Part shown: positions 39,724-49,197 of the stretch, piece by piece | How the letters are laid out: every line of letters starts with the position of its first letter | Numbering within the stretch: the first letter of the stretch is position 1 | Assembly (NCBI GenBank): GCA_963781585.1 | Contig: CAWAGQ010000004.1 | Coordinates: 928,001-992,000 of the forward strand | DNA: 64,000 nt | Direction of reading: 5' to 3' | From: an uncultured Gemmatimonadaceae bacterium | GTDB lineage: Bacteria > Gemmatimonadota > Gemmatimonadetes > Gemmatimonadales > Gemmatimonadaceae | Position numbers and translations under genes: made by a program | Notes under the pieces: generated by a model | The model's input: the letters and a program-made list of their open reading frames with translations, nothing else | What the model was told of the DNA's origin: nothing | Databases searched by the model: none

Positions 39724-41211
39724 CTATCCCGTCGCGCGAAGTTCCGGTGACTCGCCGGCCGCCTCCGCCGCGGCGACCACGTCCGGCGGAGCCACGGGCA
39801 GCGTGACGGTGAACGTGCTGCCCCGGTGCAGCCGGGACTGGACGGTCATCGCGCCGCCGTGTGCCTGGGCGATCCACTGGCCGATGGCCAGCCCAAGGCC
39901 ATAGCCGCCGCGCTCGCCGCTGCGCGAACGGGCTCGATCGGCCCGCCAGAAGCGCTCGAAGACGTGGGGAAGGTCCACCGCCGAAATCCCGATTCCTGTG
40001 TCACGCACGCTGAACTCCACCTCCCCAGCGGTGCGCGTGAGGGAGATCTCCACCTGGCCGCCGGTTGGCGTGTACTTGAGCGCATTGGTAACCAGATTCA
40101 GGAACAGCTGGCGCAGACGGCTCAGATCGCCCATCACCGTCGCATCCTCCAGCACCGGGACCGCTACCCGTACGCCGGCGGCCTCCGCGAGGAGGTGAGC
40201 GGTCTCCACGACGTCGTGCACGAGGGGCTCGAGCCGCAGCGGTTCCCGATGCAGATCGAACCGGCCCTCGTCGGCGCGCGCCAGCATCAGCAGGCTTTCC
40301 ACCAGGTCCGCCATTCTCGCGGTTTCCTGCAGGGCCTCCTCCAGCGCCTCCAGTTGCTCCTCGCCATTGGCGGTGGCGTGCATCGCGTGTTCCACGTCAG
40401 CGCGCAATACCGTGAGCGGCGTCTTGAGCTCGTGGCTCGCATCGGCGGTGAAGCGCCGCAAGGCCGCGAAGGACTTCTCCAGGCGAGCGATCATCGAATT
40501 GAGCTGGAGCGTGAGACGGGTCAACTCGTCGTCTTCCGACACCAGCGGCAGGCGTCGATGCAGGCTGCGCCCGTCCGTAATGGCCGTGACCTCGCTGGTA
40601 ATGGTCTCGAGCGGCCGCAGGGCCCGATCGGCGATGACGTAGGCCCCACCGATCGAGACGCCGAGCAGGAGCGGGAGAACGACCAGCACCGCCCCGAGGA
40701 GCTGCAGTGCCGAGGACACGATTGATGGCGCGTCGGCGCCGGAGATCACACGAAGCTCGCCGTAGAACGCGTTCGGCTGCTTGCTCTCCACCAGCACGTA
40801 GGCGTGGTCCACCAGATTGACGACGGCCGAGGGGGCACCGTCGTGCAGAGCCTGGATCGCGTCGTCCACATCGACGCTGTCGGCATAGGACAAGCCGCCA
40901 GCCTGTGGCGACTCGTAGAGGATGTACCCGTCCTTGTTGAGCACGAGCAGGAAACCGGGCAGCATCTGCAGCAGGTCGGTGGTGTTCCGCTGAAACCCGC
41001 TGCTGAACTCCTGCTTGGGAGTAACCGTGATGGCTGAGACGGTGCGACGCAGGACGCCTACCGCGAGATCGCCGCGCAGCTTGGCTCGCGCCTCGGCATC
41101 GCGGTATTGCGAGGCGTTGTGCGCGGCGAACACGGCGACCCCGAACACCGCCAGCGTCGCGCACATCGCGGTGGCGTATCTGGTGGTAAGCCGGGTTCGA
41201 AGTGAAGCCAT
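39724..41211 (-). CDS. Membrane sensor histidine kinase (HAMP-HisKA-HATPase)
   Basis: Two TM segments, ADASHELKTPLT, NLVTNALKY, DTGIGI, FERFWR and GLGLAI; start placed at ATG 41211. Confidence 0.93.
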   Translation of the reverse strand: MASLRTRLTTRYATAMCATLAVFGVAVFAAHNASQYRDAEARAKLRGDLAVGVLRRTVSAITVTPKQEFSSGFQRNTTDLLQMLPGFLLVLNKDGYILYESPQAGGLSYADSVDVDDAIQALHDGAPSAVVNLVDHAYVLVESKQPNAFYGELRVISGADAPSIVSSALQLLGAVLVVLPLLLGVSIGGAYVIADRALRPLETITSEVTAITDGRSLHRRLPLVSEDDELTRLTLQLNSMIARLEKSFAALRRFTADASHELKTPLTVLRADVEHAMHATANGEEQLEALEEALQETARMADLVESLLMLARADEGRFDLHREPLRLEPLVHDVVETAHLLAEAAGVRVAVPVLEDATVMGDLSRLRQLFLNLVTNALKYTPTGGQVEISLTRTAGEVEFSVRDTGIGISAVDLPHVFERFWRADRARSRSGERGGYGLGLAIGQWIAQAHGGAMTVQSRLHRGSTFTVTLPVAPPDVVAAAEAAGESPELRATG

Positions 41212-41321
41212 TTGCCAATCCGATGAGTGGGCAGCGCCGGGCTGCGGAGGAAGAAACGGGTTGCCGAAGCTCTGCCACTGATAGAACCAGAGCAGGAGGA
41301 TGCCCGCTTCCGGCACCGGAC

Positions 41322-41990
41322 CTAGCCCCTGATCACGTACCCCGCCCCTCGCACCGTGGTAATCAGCCTCTTCTGGCGCCCCGTGTCGACCTTCTTGCGC
41401 AGGTGATTGATCACGACATCCACAACGTTGGTGCGGGGGTCGAAGTGATACCCCCAGGCGTATTCGGTGATCAGGGTGCGGCTCATGACCCGGCCGGCAT
41501 GCCGCATGAGGTATTCGAGCACCGAGAACTCCTTCGGGGTCAGTTCGATCGGCTCGCCGCTTCGCTGCACGGCGCGCGTATCCCGGTTCAGCTCGAGATC
41601 ACCCACCCGCAGCTCGCGGGTGGCCAATGCGCGTGGCCGCCGAGACAGGGCCTCGACGCGCGCCAGCAGTTCATCGAACGCGAACGGCTTCGTCACGTAA
41701 TCGTCGGCCCCCGCACGAAGCGTCTGTACTTTCGAGTCCACCGCGTCCTGCGCCGTCAGCACCATGACCGGCTTCTCGAACCCCTTGGCGCGAATCGACC
41801 GGAGCACGTCCATTCCCGACTTCTTCGGGAGCCGCATGTCGAGGATCACCAGGTCGAACGTGTCGGTGGCGGCCAGGCGTTCGCCGCTTTCGCCATCAGT
41901 CGACAGCTCGACGCGATACCCCTGCTGCTCCAGACCTCTCTTGACGAAGCTGCCGACCGTTGGATCGTCTTCGATGACGAGGACGTTCAT
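41322..41990 (-). CDS. OmpR/CusR-type response regulator
   Basis: VIEDD, LDMRLP, GADDYVTKPF, LTPKEF and TVRGAGY. Confidence 0.95.
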   Translation of the reverse strand: MNVLVIEDDPTVGSFVKRGLEQQGYRVELSTDGESGERLAATDTFDLVILDMRLPKKSGMDVLRSIRAKGFEKPVMVLTAQDAVDSKVQTLRAGADDYVTKPFAFDELLARVEALSRRPRALATRELRVGDLELNRDTRAVQRSGEPIELTPKEFSVLEYLMRHAGRVMSRTLITEYAWGYHFDPRTNVVDVVINHLRKKVDTGRQKRLITTVRGAGYVIRG

Positions 41991-42635
41991 TCACTGGGGG
42001 CTGCGTGGAGCCGGCCGCACTAAGCCGAATTCCCGGATCTTCCGGTACAGGGTCTTTGAGGATATCCCGAGAATGCTGGCGGCGCGACCCTGATGCCAGC
42101 CGACGGCCTCCAGCACCCGCCGAATGTGGTCCCGTTCGACGTGTTCGAGCGGGACAAGTGTCGGTTCGCCACCGCCGTTTCCTGCCGACACCGTTGAAGG
42201 GTCCCCCGGCCGGATCCCGTCGTGGTCGGAGTGGTGCGCCGCCTTCGAGCGCATGAGGTGGCGGCGCTCGCCGGCACGACGGACGACCAGTTCCAGTTCA
42301 GCGAGCGGGCAGGGCTTGGACAGGACGTCGTAGGCACCCAGCTGAACCGCGCTGAGTGCCATCGCATGCGTGCGGCTGCCCGTCAGGACGATCACCTCCG
42401 GAGGGTCCGGCTGAGCGCGCACGCGCCGCAGTACCTCCAGCCCATCGACCTCCGGCATGAAAATGTCGAGCACGACCACATCGAACTGCTCTTCGGCCAG
42501 CCGGCCGATTGTTGAGCGCCCGTCGTGCGCCACGCAAACCCGATAGCCGCACGACTCCAGATGGTCGGCCAGAACGCGCGCCAGCGGCGCCTCGTCCTCG
42601 GCGATGAACACCCGAATCCGATCGTCGCCTGTCAT
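41991..42635 (-). CDS. Response regulator with REC plus Fis-type HTH and no AAA+ domain
   Basis: REC domain (AEDE, LDIFMP, LTG, KP), a short linker, then LEHVERDHIRRVL...AASILGISSKTLYRKI. Confidence 0.88.
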   Translation of the reverse strand: MTGDDRIRVFIAEDEAPLARVLADHLESCGYRVCVAHDGRSTIGRLAEEQFDVVVLDIFMPEVDGLEVLRRVRAQPDPPEVIVLTGSRTHAMALSAVQLGAYDVLSKPCPLAELELVVRRAGERRHLMRSKAAHHSDHDGIRPGDPSTVSAGNGGGEPTLVPLEHVERDHIRRVLEAVGWHQGRAASILGISSKTLYRKIREFGLVRPAPRSPQ

Positions 42636-44179
42636 GCCACTGCCGCGATGCCGGGCAGGATGATCCGGAACGTGCTGCCGGCACCCACCGCACTGTCGAC
42701 TTCGATGCGCCCGCCATGGTCCGCGATGATGCCGTAGCAGATCGACAGACCCAGGCCCGTTCCCCGGCCCGGCGGCTTGGTCGAGTAGAACGGCTCGAAG
42801 ATCTTGGGAAGGTCGATACGCGCGATGCCATGCCCTTCGTCCACAACCTCGGCGATCACGCCCTCGGACTCAGACAGGCCGCGACGCGTACGGATCGTCA
42901 CGTGCCCCGCATCGCTCATCGAATCGACGCCATTGATGAGCAGCGCCATGAACACCTGCACCAGCTGTTCGGCATTCGCGTTCACGTTGTCGATGCCGGC
43001 ATCGAGCAGCATGTGCATCTGGACCTTCTTGAAGCGGGCGTGATGCTTCACCAGGAAGACCGTCTGCTCGATGACCGCGTTCACATCAGTGACCTCCTTC
43101 CTGGCGGACTTCGGGCGCGAGAAGTCGAGCACGCCGTCCACGATGTGCTTGCAGCGGTCCACCTCGTTGTCGATAATGCGAAGGAATTCCGACGTCTGCG
43201 CGGGAACCTCGCACCCCTGCTTGCGCAGATCGTCGAGGCGCAGGGTGAGACTCTCGGCGCAGGCGGCGATCGTCGCCAGCGGATTGTTGATCTCGTGCAT
43301 GATGCCGGCGGCAAGCTGCCCGATTGCCGCGAGCTTCTCGGACTGGGCGAAGCGCTCCTGGGCCGCGGTCCAGTCGGTGATGTCCTCACCGATCGAAATG
43401 ACATGGGTGATGGCCCCGTCGTTCACCCGCATCGGGATCTTCGTGATGCGATAGGTGCGAACCTGGCCGCTCGCTTCCGACTCGATGTTGAACTGCTGGA
43501 TGCGACCCGTGCGGAAGACGTCGTCGAAGTCTTTCCGCAGCGTCTCCCGCGACTGCCGGTACAGGATCTCGAAGATGGTCTTCCCAAGCGCATCGTCGCG
43601 TGCGACCCCCTGGATTCCGGTCTCGCGATTCCGATTCCACGCCTGCACCCGGTACTCGCCGTCGATGACGTAAAGGCCGACCGGGAGCGAGTCGATGATC
43701 TTCTGCGTGAATCGGCGTTCCGAATCGATCTGACGGGTCCGCAGCCCGACCTCTTCGCTCAGCTGGTGAAGTTGTTCAGCGTGAGCGAGCGCGGGCGCGA
43801 GCAGGGTTCCGATGATGCCGAAGAGTTGCCGGGACGCGGGTTCGAACACACCGGACAGACGAAGCACGATCGCGCCAAGGCGCCGGTTGCCGGACTCGAG
43901 GGGGCACAGATGCGCGCCGGCCTGGTCCGTCGCCTCCGAGTCAACGAGAGCCTGCACCGCCGTCGCGTCGATCTGCGCCTCGCCCGACAGCGACGCGCAG
44001 ACCAGGCCCGAGGCGCCGTACAACCACAAGCTGCACTCGTCCGCGGAGAAGGCGCTGCGGGTGACATCGAGGATGCTGCGGGCCTTGTGCACCACATCTT
44101 CGTCGGAGGCGACGTGGGAGGCGATGTCGGCAAGAACCGTGAGGGGAGGCGGCGTCGCCGCCGCGAGAGTGGCATTCAT
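42632..44179 (-). CDS. Cytoplasmic GAF-like/PAS NtrB-type histidine kinase
   Basis: PAS (IIDSLPVGLYVID...WNR), SEKLAAIGQLAAGIMHEINNPL and IFEPFYSTKPPGRGTGLGL; start placed at ATG 44179. Confidence 0.92.
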   Translation of the reverse strand: MNATLAAATPPPLTVLADIASHVASDEDVVHKARSILDVTRSAFSADECSLWLYGASGLVCASLSGEAQIDATAVQALVDSEATDQAGAHLCPLESGNRRLGAIVLRLSGVFEPASRQLFGIIGTLLAPALAHAEQLHQLSEEVGLRTRQIDSERRFTQKIIDSLPVGLYVIDGEYRVQAWNRNRETGIQGVARDDALGKTIFEILYRQSRETLRKDFDDVFRTGRIQQFNIESEASGQVRTYRITKIPMRVNDGAITHVISIGEDITDWTAAQERFAQSEKLAAIGQLAAGIMHEINNPLATIAACAESLTLRLDDLRKQGCEVPAQTSEFLRIIDNEVDRCKHIVDGVLDFSRPKSARKEVTDVNAVIEQTVFLVKHHARFKKVQMHMLLDAGIDNVNANAEQLVQVFMALLINGVDSMSDAGHVTIRTRRGLSESEGVIAEVVDEGHGIARIDLPKIFEPFYSTKPPGRGTGLGLSICYGIIADHGGRIEVDSAVGAGSTFRIILPGIAAVA

Positions 44180-44349
44180 GTCCGGAGGATTGGAGACCGC
44201 CCCCGAGACGAGGGGGGTTCGGACAGAATGACCGGTCAGGCACCGTCCAAGTAACGCCGGGCGGCGTTCAGCGGCAGGCGGGGTGGAGCCGCCGTCACTG
44301 CGCCCGGGTCGGTGCTCCTGAATACGTGCCAGGTAGGACCGACGGCGAG

Positions 44350-44422
44350 TGGAGCGGACCGGGATCGAACCGGTGACCCCCTGCTTGCAAAGCAGGTGCT
44401 CTCCCAACTGAGCTACCGCCCC
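44350..44422 (-). tRNA. tRNA-Ala(UGC), CCA not encoded
   Basis: GGGGCGGTAGCTCAGTTGGGAGAGCACCTGCTTTGCAAGCAGGGGGTCACCGGTTCGATCCCGGTCCGCTCCA. Confidence 0.97.
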
Positions 44423-44441
44423 GAATGTCTTGCGAATGCCA

Positions 44442-44469
44442 AACTTAGCGACGCACGAGGTCGCATCAA
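44442..44469 (-). promoter_or_regulatory. Putative promoter of tRNA-Ala
   Basis: Minus strand TTGATG-N16-TAAGTT, ending 19 nt upstream of the tRNA. Confidence 0.5.
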
Positions 44470-44751
44470 AGCGCGTCGCGCACTTGCGCTGCGCTTGCTC
44501 CGGCTGAGAGTCGGCTCGCTCCGAGCGCGGACCGGACGAGCGCCTCGCCCGCTCTCGCATCGAGCGGTCTCCAGCTCTGATCGCTCTCTTGTCGGCTCTC
44601 CCCCCACCTGCATGAGGTGAGAGGCGCTACTCCGTACTCGCTCGTGCGGCTACCATTCCGATTGCAGGCCATGAGTCATTGGCCATAGGTGCCAAGGGCC
44701 ACGAAAGGCAGGCCAGCGGCCGAAGCGTAGACACCGACGAGCGGAGACAGG

Positions 44752-45210
44752 ATGACGGAATCGGCCATGCACATGACGGTGCGCTGCCAGTTCTGCGACA
44801 CGTGGAATCGCGTGGATGCCGCCCGGGCCCAGGATCGCCCGAAATGCGGCAGCTGCAGCCGCCCGATCCTCCTCGATCGCCCGTGGATCCTGCATGCCGA
44901 CACGTACGAGCGGACACTCCGCGAGACCGAGGTCCCGGTGCTCGTCGACTTCTACGCGGACTGGTGTGGCCCGTGCAAGATGATGGCGCCGTTCGTCGAC
45001 CAGCTTGCGGCGAAGCACCAGGGGAAGGCCCTCATCGCGAAGCTCAACACCGACTACGCCCAGGAGATCTCCAGCGGACTCGGCATCCGCGGGATTCCGA
45101 CCACGATCGTCTTCCGCGGCGGCGCCGAAGCGAGCAGGCACACGGGAGCGGTGCGGCTTCCGGAGCTCGAGGATCTGCTGAGCCGGGCGGCGGCGGGCGC
45201 GGCGGCGTAG
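44752..45210 (+). CDS. trxC: Thioredoxin 2-like protein with an N-terminal zinc finger
   Basis: CQFC...CGSC zinc finger, VDFYADWCGPC and IRGIPT. Confidence 0.88.
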   Translation: MTESAMHMTVRCQFCDTWNRVDAARAQDRPKCGSCSRPILLDRPWILHADTYERTLRETEVPVLVDFYADWCGPCKMMAPFVDQLAAKHQGKALIAKLNTDYAQEISSGLGIRGIPTTIVFRGGAEASRHTGAVRLPELEDLLSRAAAGAAA

Positions 45211-45220
45211 TCCGCCTCTC

Positions 45221-46552
45221 CTACTCGTGCGCCGGCAGCGGCTCCATGGTCTTCGGGTCCACCGGCACCTGCACTTCGTCGCGATACAGCGATGTCATCA
45301 TGAAGACGCGCATGCGCGGAAAGGCGTCCATGAAGGAGAGGTAGCAGTACCCCCAGATACCGAGATAACCCAGGAAGATCCCGATCTCCCAGACGCCAAT
45401 GGGCACCGTGGGCCGCGTCTGCAGATATAGCGTCGGATAAATCTCCAGGTACCGGTGCAGCCAGTTGCCGACCAGGCTCCCCACCGCGAACAGGGCCATC
45501 GTGGGAGTAAAGATCTTGGGGAACCGGCCCAGCAGCCCGAAAAACGGCAGCACGAACATGAGCAGCCCCACCGCTACGGTCAGGGATGTCCACGGCGCGA
45601 TCAGCAGCTTGTGGAAGAAGTGCGTCTCCTCGCCCGTGTTCCCGTACCAGATCACCAGCAGCTGGCCGAAGCTGATGTAGCCCCAGAACGCCGTGAAGGC
45701 GAACGCAAGCTTGCCGATATCATGGAAGTGGGTCTCGGTGATGATGTGGCCGGCGCCCAGAAAGCGCCGCCAGAGTCGCACCAGGAGGGACAGGACCATG
45801 ATCGCTTCGAGCCAGCCGCCGATGAAGAAGATCCATCCGTACATCGTGCTCTGGAATTGCGGATCCACCGACATCGACAAATCCCACGACAGCACCACCC
45901 AGCCGAGGCCGAAGGCGAGCGTGAGGTAGACGGCGAGCTTGCCCAGGATGGAATGCGTGGAGTGGAGCTCGCGCCGCTCCTCACCGAACCCGGCGCGCAT
46001 GCGCGCACGCAATCCTTTCGCCCAGTTCGCGCCCCATTCCGGCAGGATGCCGACGTCGAGACGAACGGACCGGTACACGAACCAGACGCTCAGGAACGTG
46101 ATGAGTCCGAAGATCACAATGGCGCGGATCGACCAGAACGTGGGATCGAGCCACGTCTGCTTCTCCGGCTGCGGCGGCGGTGCGTGGACCCACGGAAAGA
46201 TGTGGCCCTTCCCGATGAAGATCGTGAGAAGAAGCATCACGAACGCGACCGGCAGAAACGCCACATAGCCTTCCGCGAACCTCACCACCGCGCGGGACCA
46301 CCGGGCGGTCGTGATCCGTTGCACGGCGGCCAGAACCACCCCCGCCGACGAGATCGCGGTGAAGAAGAGCCAGTTCACGTGCCAGGCTTGCCACGCGCGA
46401 TCCTGGCCGGTCGCTGCGCCGATGACGAAGACGAGCATTCCCACGAGCGCCAGCAGAAGACTGATCCGCTTGAGGCGTGGGGAGATCGCCTCGCGCTGGA
46501 TGACTTCGGCGATCTCTTCGCGGGTCGGCGCAACGGCGATGTGATCGCTCAC
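45221..46552 (-). CDS. actF: Alternative complex III subunit ActF
   Basis: Polytopic NrfD-like membrane protein with DLSMSVDPQFQSTMYG, HDIGKL and QLLVIWYGN; last gene of the act operon. Confidence 0.85.
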   Translation of the reverse strand: MSDHIAVAPTREEIAEVIQREAISPRLKRISLLLALVGMLVFVIGAATGQDRAWQAWHVNWLFFTAISSAGVVLAAVQRITTARWSRAVVRFAEGYVAFLPVAFVMLLLTIFIGKGHIFPWVHAPPPQPEKQTWLDPTFWSIRAIVIFGLITFLSVWFVYRSVRLDVGILPEWGANWAKGLRARMRAGFGEERRELHSTHSILGKLAVYLTLAFGLGWVVLSWDLSMSVDPQFQSTMYGWIFFIGGWLEAIMVLSLLVRLWRRFLGAGHIITETHFHDIGKLAFAFTAFWGYISFGQLLVIWYGNTGEETHFFHKLLIAPWTSLTVAVGLLMFVLPFFGLLGRFPKIFTPTMALFAVGSLVGNWLHRYLEIYPTLYLQTRPTVPIGVWEIGIFLGYLGIWGYCYLSFMDAFPRMRVFMMTSLYRDEVQVPVDPKTMEPLPAHE

Positions 46553-47259
46553 TGACCACCTCCGGAGCGCGAACGTCCCGCGCTGTCGGTGCGCGTGGTC
46601 GGCGTCCCGGCCGGTACCGGCGGCGACGGCATCGCGAATGGCGCGGGGTGCGTGGGGCCGAGTCGCGTGGGGCCCGGAAGCTTGTCACCCGTCACCCCGG
46701 GCGGCGCCAGCGGCCCGACCTCGAACGGCACACCGGACACCTTCCCCTGCAGCGCGCGGAGGTAGTTGACCACGTCCCAGCGGTCCATCTCCTCAATGCG
46801 GTTGTAGCTCGGCATGAAGACCCCGCCGTTCCGGATCTTCCCGAAGATGTAGCCGTCGGTGCGATTCCTGGTGATGTCGAGCATCAGCGACGGCGCCGGA
46901 TAGCCGTATTTGGTGACGGTACCGGTACCATCTCCCTTTGCCCCGTGACACGGCATGCAGTTGATCGTGAAATACTTCCGCCCGTTGGCGAGCGACTGTT
47001 CGGTGACCGGTGTGGGGTTGGGGATGGCGGCCATGGAGTCGAGGGTGGCCACCGAGATCCCGTAGGAGACGGCAAACGCCGGGACGGCGGTGCCGGTCCT
47101 CGGCACCGAGCCCTGGGGACTTCCCCGCACTACCATGCTGTCCGGGCGAAGGGACTCCCAGGTGACGACGCTGGGTTGCCGCTTGAAGTCGCTGAACCAC
47201 TCGCACGCGCCTAACGGCAGGAGCAGCGCGACCACCAGCACCCGCGGCTCAACTCTCAC
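46549..47259 (-). CDS. actE: Alternative complex III monoheme cytochrome c lipoprotein ActE
   Basis: LGA-C lipobox, a single CMPCH and distal MPSY. Confidence 0.87.
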   Translation of the reverse strand: MRVEPRVLVVALLLPLGACEWFSDFKRQPSVVTWESLRPDSMVVRGSPQGSVPRTGTAVPAFAVSYGISVATLDSMAAIPNPTPVTEQSLANGRKYFTINCMPCHGAKGDGTGTVTKYGYPAPSLMLDITRNRTDGYIFGKIRNGGVFMPSYNRIEEMDRWDVVNYLRALQGKVSGVPFEVGPLAPPGVTGDKLPGPTRLGPTHPAPFAMPSPPVPAGTPTTRTDSAGRSRSGGGQ

Positions 47260-47752
47260 CGCGCACCTCCGCCGCCCCGTGCTCGCGCAGCGTCGATTCC
47301 GCTTCCTTCAACCGTTCGGGCGGCGCCTCGACATAGATCCCGAAGTCGGCGCCCGTGAAGCGCGGATCGAAGCCGATGGTGGTGGTGATCTTCGGAACGC
47401 GCGAGTAGATGAACATCGCGGCCACGGTCGCCAGCGATCCGATCAGCACCATCAACTCGAATCCAATGATTGTGAACGGGATCCACGACACGACCGGCTT
47501 GCCCCCCACGACCAGCGCCCAGTAGTCCGACGTCCAGGCGGCCACCCAGTAGCCGAAGCTGACCCCGAGGAGTCCGCCGACCAGCGTGAAACGCCGCACC
47601 TTGCTGCGCGGTGCCTGCACCGCGTGTTCGATCTCGTGGCGCGGCGTGGGCGTGTAGACCGTGAATCGCCGGAAGTCGCGCTTCTTCAACGCCTCAATGG
47701 CGTCCACCGCCGCGTCGAGTTCGTGGAAGACGGCGACCAGCCCTTGGGTCAT
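47249..47752 (-). CDS. actD: Alternative complex III subunit ActD (DUF3341-like)
   Basis: MTQGLVAVF...YTPTP...VGGKP...IGFELMVL...DPRFT; TGATG coupling with actC. Confidence 0.87.
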   Translation of the reverse strand: MTQGLVAVFHELDAAVDAIEALKKRDFRRFTVYTPTPRHEIEHAVQAPRSKVRRFTLVGGLLGVSFGYWVAAWTSDYWALVVGGKPVVSWIPFTIIGFELMVLIGSLATVAAMFIYSRVPKITTTIGFDPRFTGADFGIYVEAPPERLKEAESTLREHGAAEVRGES

Positions 47753-49197
47753 CAGTCGCGCTCCCCCGGAGTCTCGGCCGCAAAGTCCAGGTGACGCCCG
47801 GTCACGTCCACCACGTCCGCGCGCGGGGCCCGCATCCGGAGGCGCGGCGGCACCAGCTCCTTCACCTCGGCAATCGCGATCACCGGCAGGTTCCGGATGA
47901 AGAGCAGGAACCACATGAAGAACCAGCCGAAGCTGCCCACCAGGATCGACACATCCACCCAGCTCGGGATGTAGTTGGTCCACTGCCACGGCTCGAATTC
48001 GTGCGACAGCGACGGCACGATGATCACGAACCGCTCGAACCACATGCCGAGGTTGATGAACAGCGACAGGATCCAGAGCCAGCTCGGGTTGCGCCGCAGC
48101 TTCTGCGAAAACAGCGACAGCGGGAAGATCACGTTGCAGGTCAGCATGATCCACGCCGCCCACCACCACTGGCCGAACACCCGGTTCCAGAAGTACGCCT
48201 GCTCGTACTGGCTGCCGCTGTACCAGGCGATGAAGAACTCGATCAGATACGCGCTCCCCACCACCAGCGACGTGAACAGCGTCATCTTGGCGGCGGCGTC
48301 GAGGGCGTTCACGGTCACGATGTGCTGCAGCCGGAAGAACTTCCGGATCGGAATGATGATCGTGAACACCATGCCGAGCCCGGAGAAGATCGCGCCGGCC
48401 ACGAAGTACGGCGGAAAGATCGTGGTGTGCCATCCCGGCACCAGCGCCATCGCGAAGTCGAACGACACCACCGAGTGCACCGACAGGACCAGGGGGGTCG
48501 AGAAGGCGGCCAGGAACAGGTACATCCGCGCGAAGTGCCGCCACTCCGGCTCCGAGTTGCGCCAGCCTAACGAGAGCACCGCCAGGATGCGCTTGCGGAC
48601 CGGATTGGTGGCGCGGTCGCGCAGCACCGCCAGATCGGGCACCAGACCGACGTAGAGGAACGTGGCCGACACCGTCAGGTAGGTCGAGATCGCGAACACG
48701 TCCCACACCAGGGGGCTCTTGAAGTTCGGCCAGATCAGCCGCCAGTGCGGATACGGTACCAGCCAGAAGAACTTCCACGGCCGGCCGATGTGGATGATCG
48801 GAAACAGGCCCGCGGTCATGACCGCGAATACCGTCATCGCTTCCGCGCACCGGTAGATCGTGGTGCGGAAGCCGGCGCGGAACAGGAACAGGATCGCCGA
48901 GATCAGCGTCCCCGCGTGTCCGATACCGATCCAGAATACGAAGCTGATGATGTACACCGCCCACATCACCGGCGGCTCGTAGCCGGCGTTGCCCAGCCCC
49001 CAGTAGATCTGGTACATCCACGCGCCGGCGCCCCAGAGGAAGCAGACCACCGCGACCCCGAGCAGGATGAACCAGCCACCGGTCGGACTGAGGGTCCCCG
49101 CGATCTCGCGGTCGACCTGCTCGTAGTCGCGAACCGCGGGAAGCGGGACGTTCGCGGTGGCGACGTTGGGCCGAATCGGTTCGGCGACCGTGGCCAT
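47752..49197 (-). CDS. actC: Alternative complex III quinol-binding subunit ActC (NrfD family)
   Basis: FVFWIGIGHAGTLISAIL, HIGRPW, NFKSPLVWD, SVHSVVSFDFA, GWHTTIFPPYFVAGAIFSG and GMWFERF. Confidence 0.93.
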   Translation of the reverse strand: MATVAEPIRPNVATANVPLPAVRDYEQVDREIAGTLSPTGGWFILLGVAVVCFLWGAGAWMYQIYWGLGNAGYEPPVMWAVYIISFVFWIGIGHAGTLISAILFLFRAGFRTTIYRCAEAMTVFAVMTAGLFPIIHIGRPWKFFWLVPYPHWRLIWPNFKSPLVWDVFAISTYLTVSATFLYVGLVPDLAVLRDRATNPVRKRILAVLSLGWRNSEPEWRHFARMYLFLAAFSTPLVLSVHSVVSFDFAMALVPGWHTTIFPPYFVAGAIFSGLGMVFTIIIPIRKFFRLQHIVTVNALDAAAKMTLFTSLVVGSAYLIEFFIAWYSGSQYEQAYFWNRVFGQWWWAAWIMLTCNVIFPLSLFSQKLRRNPSWLWILSLFINLGMWFERFVIIVPSLSHEFEPWQWTNYIPSWVDVSILVGSFGWFFMWFLLFIRNLPVIAIAEVKELVPPRLRMRAPRADVVDVTGRHLDFAAETPGERD

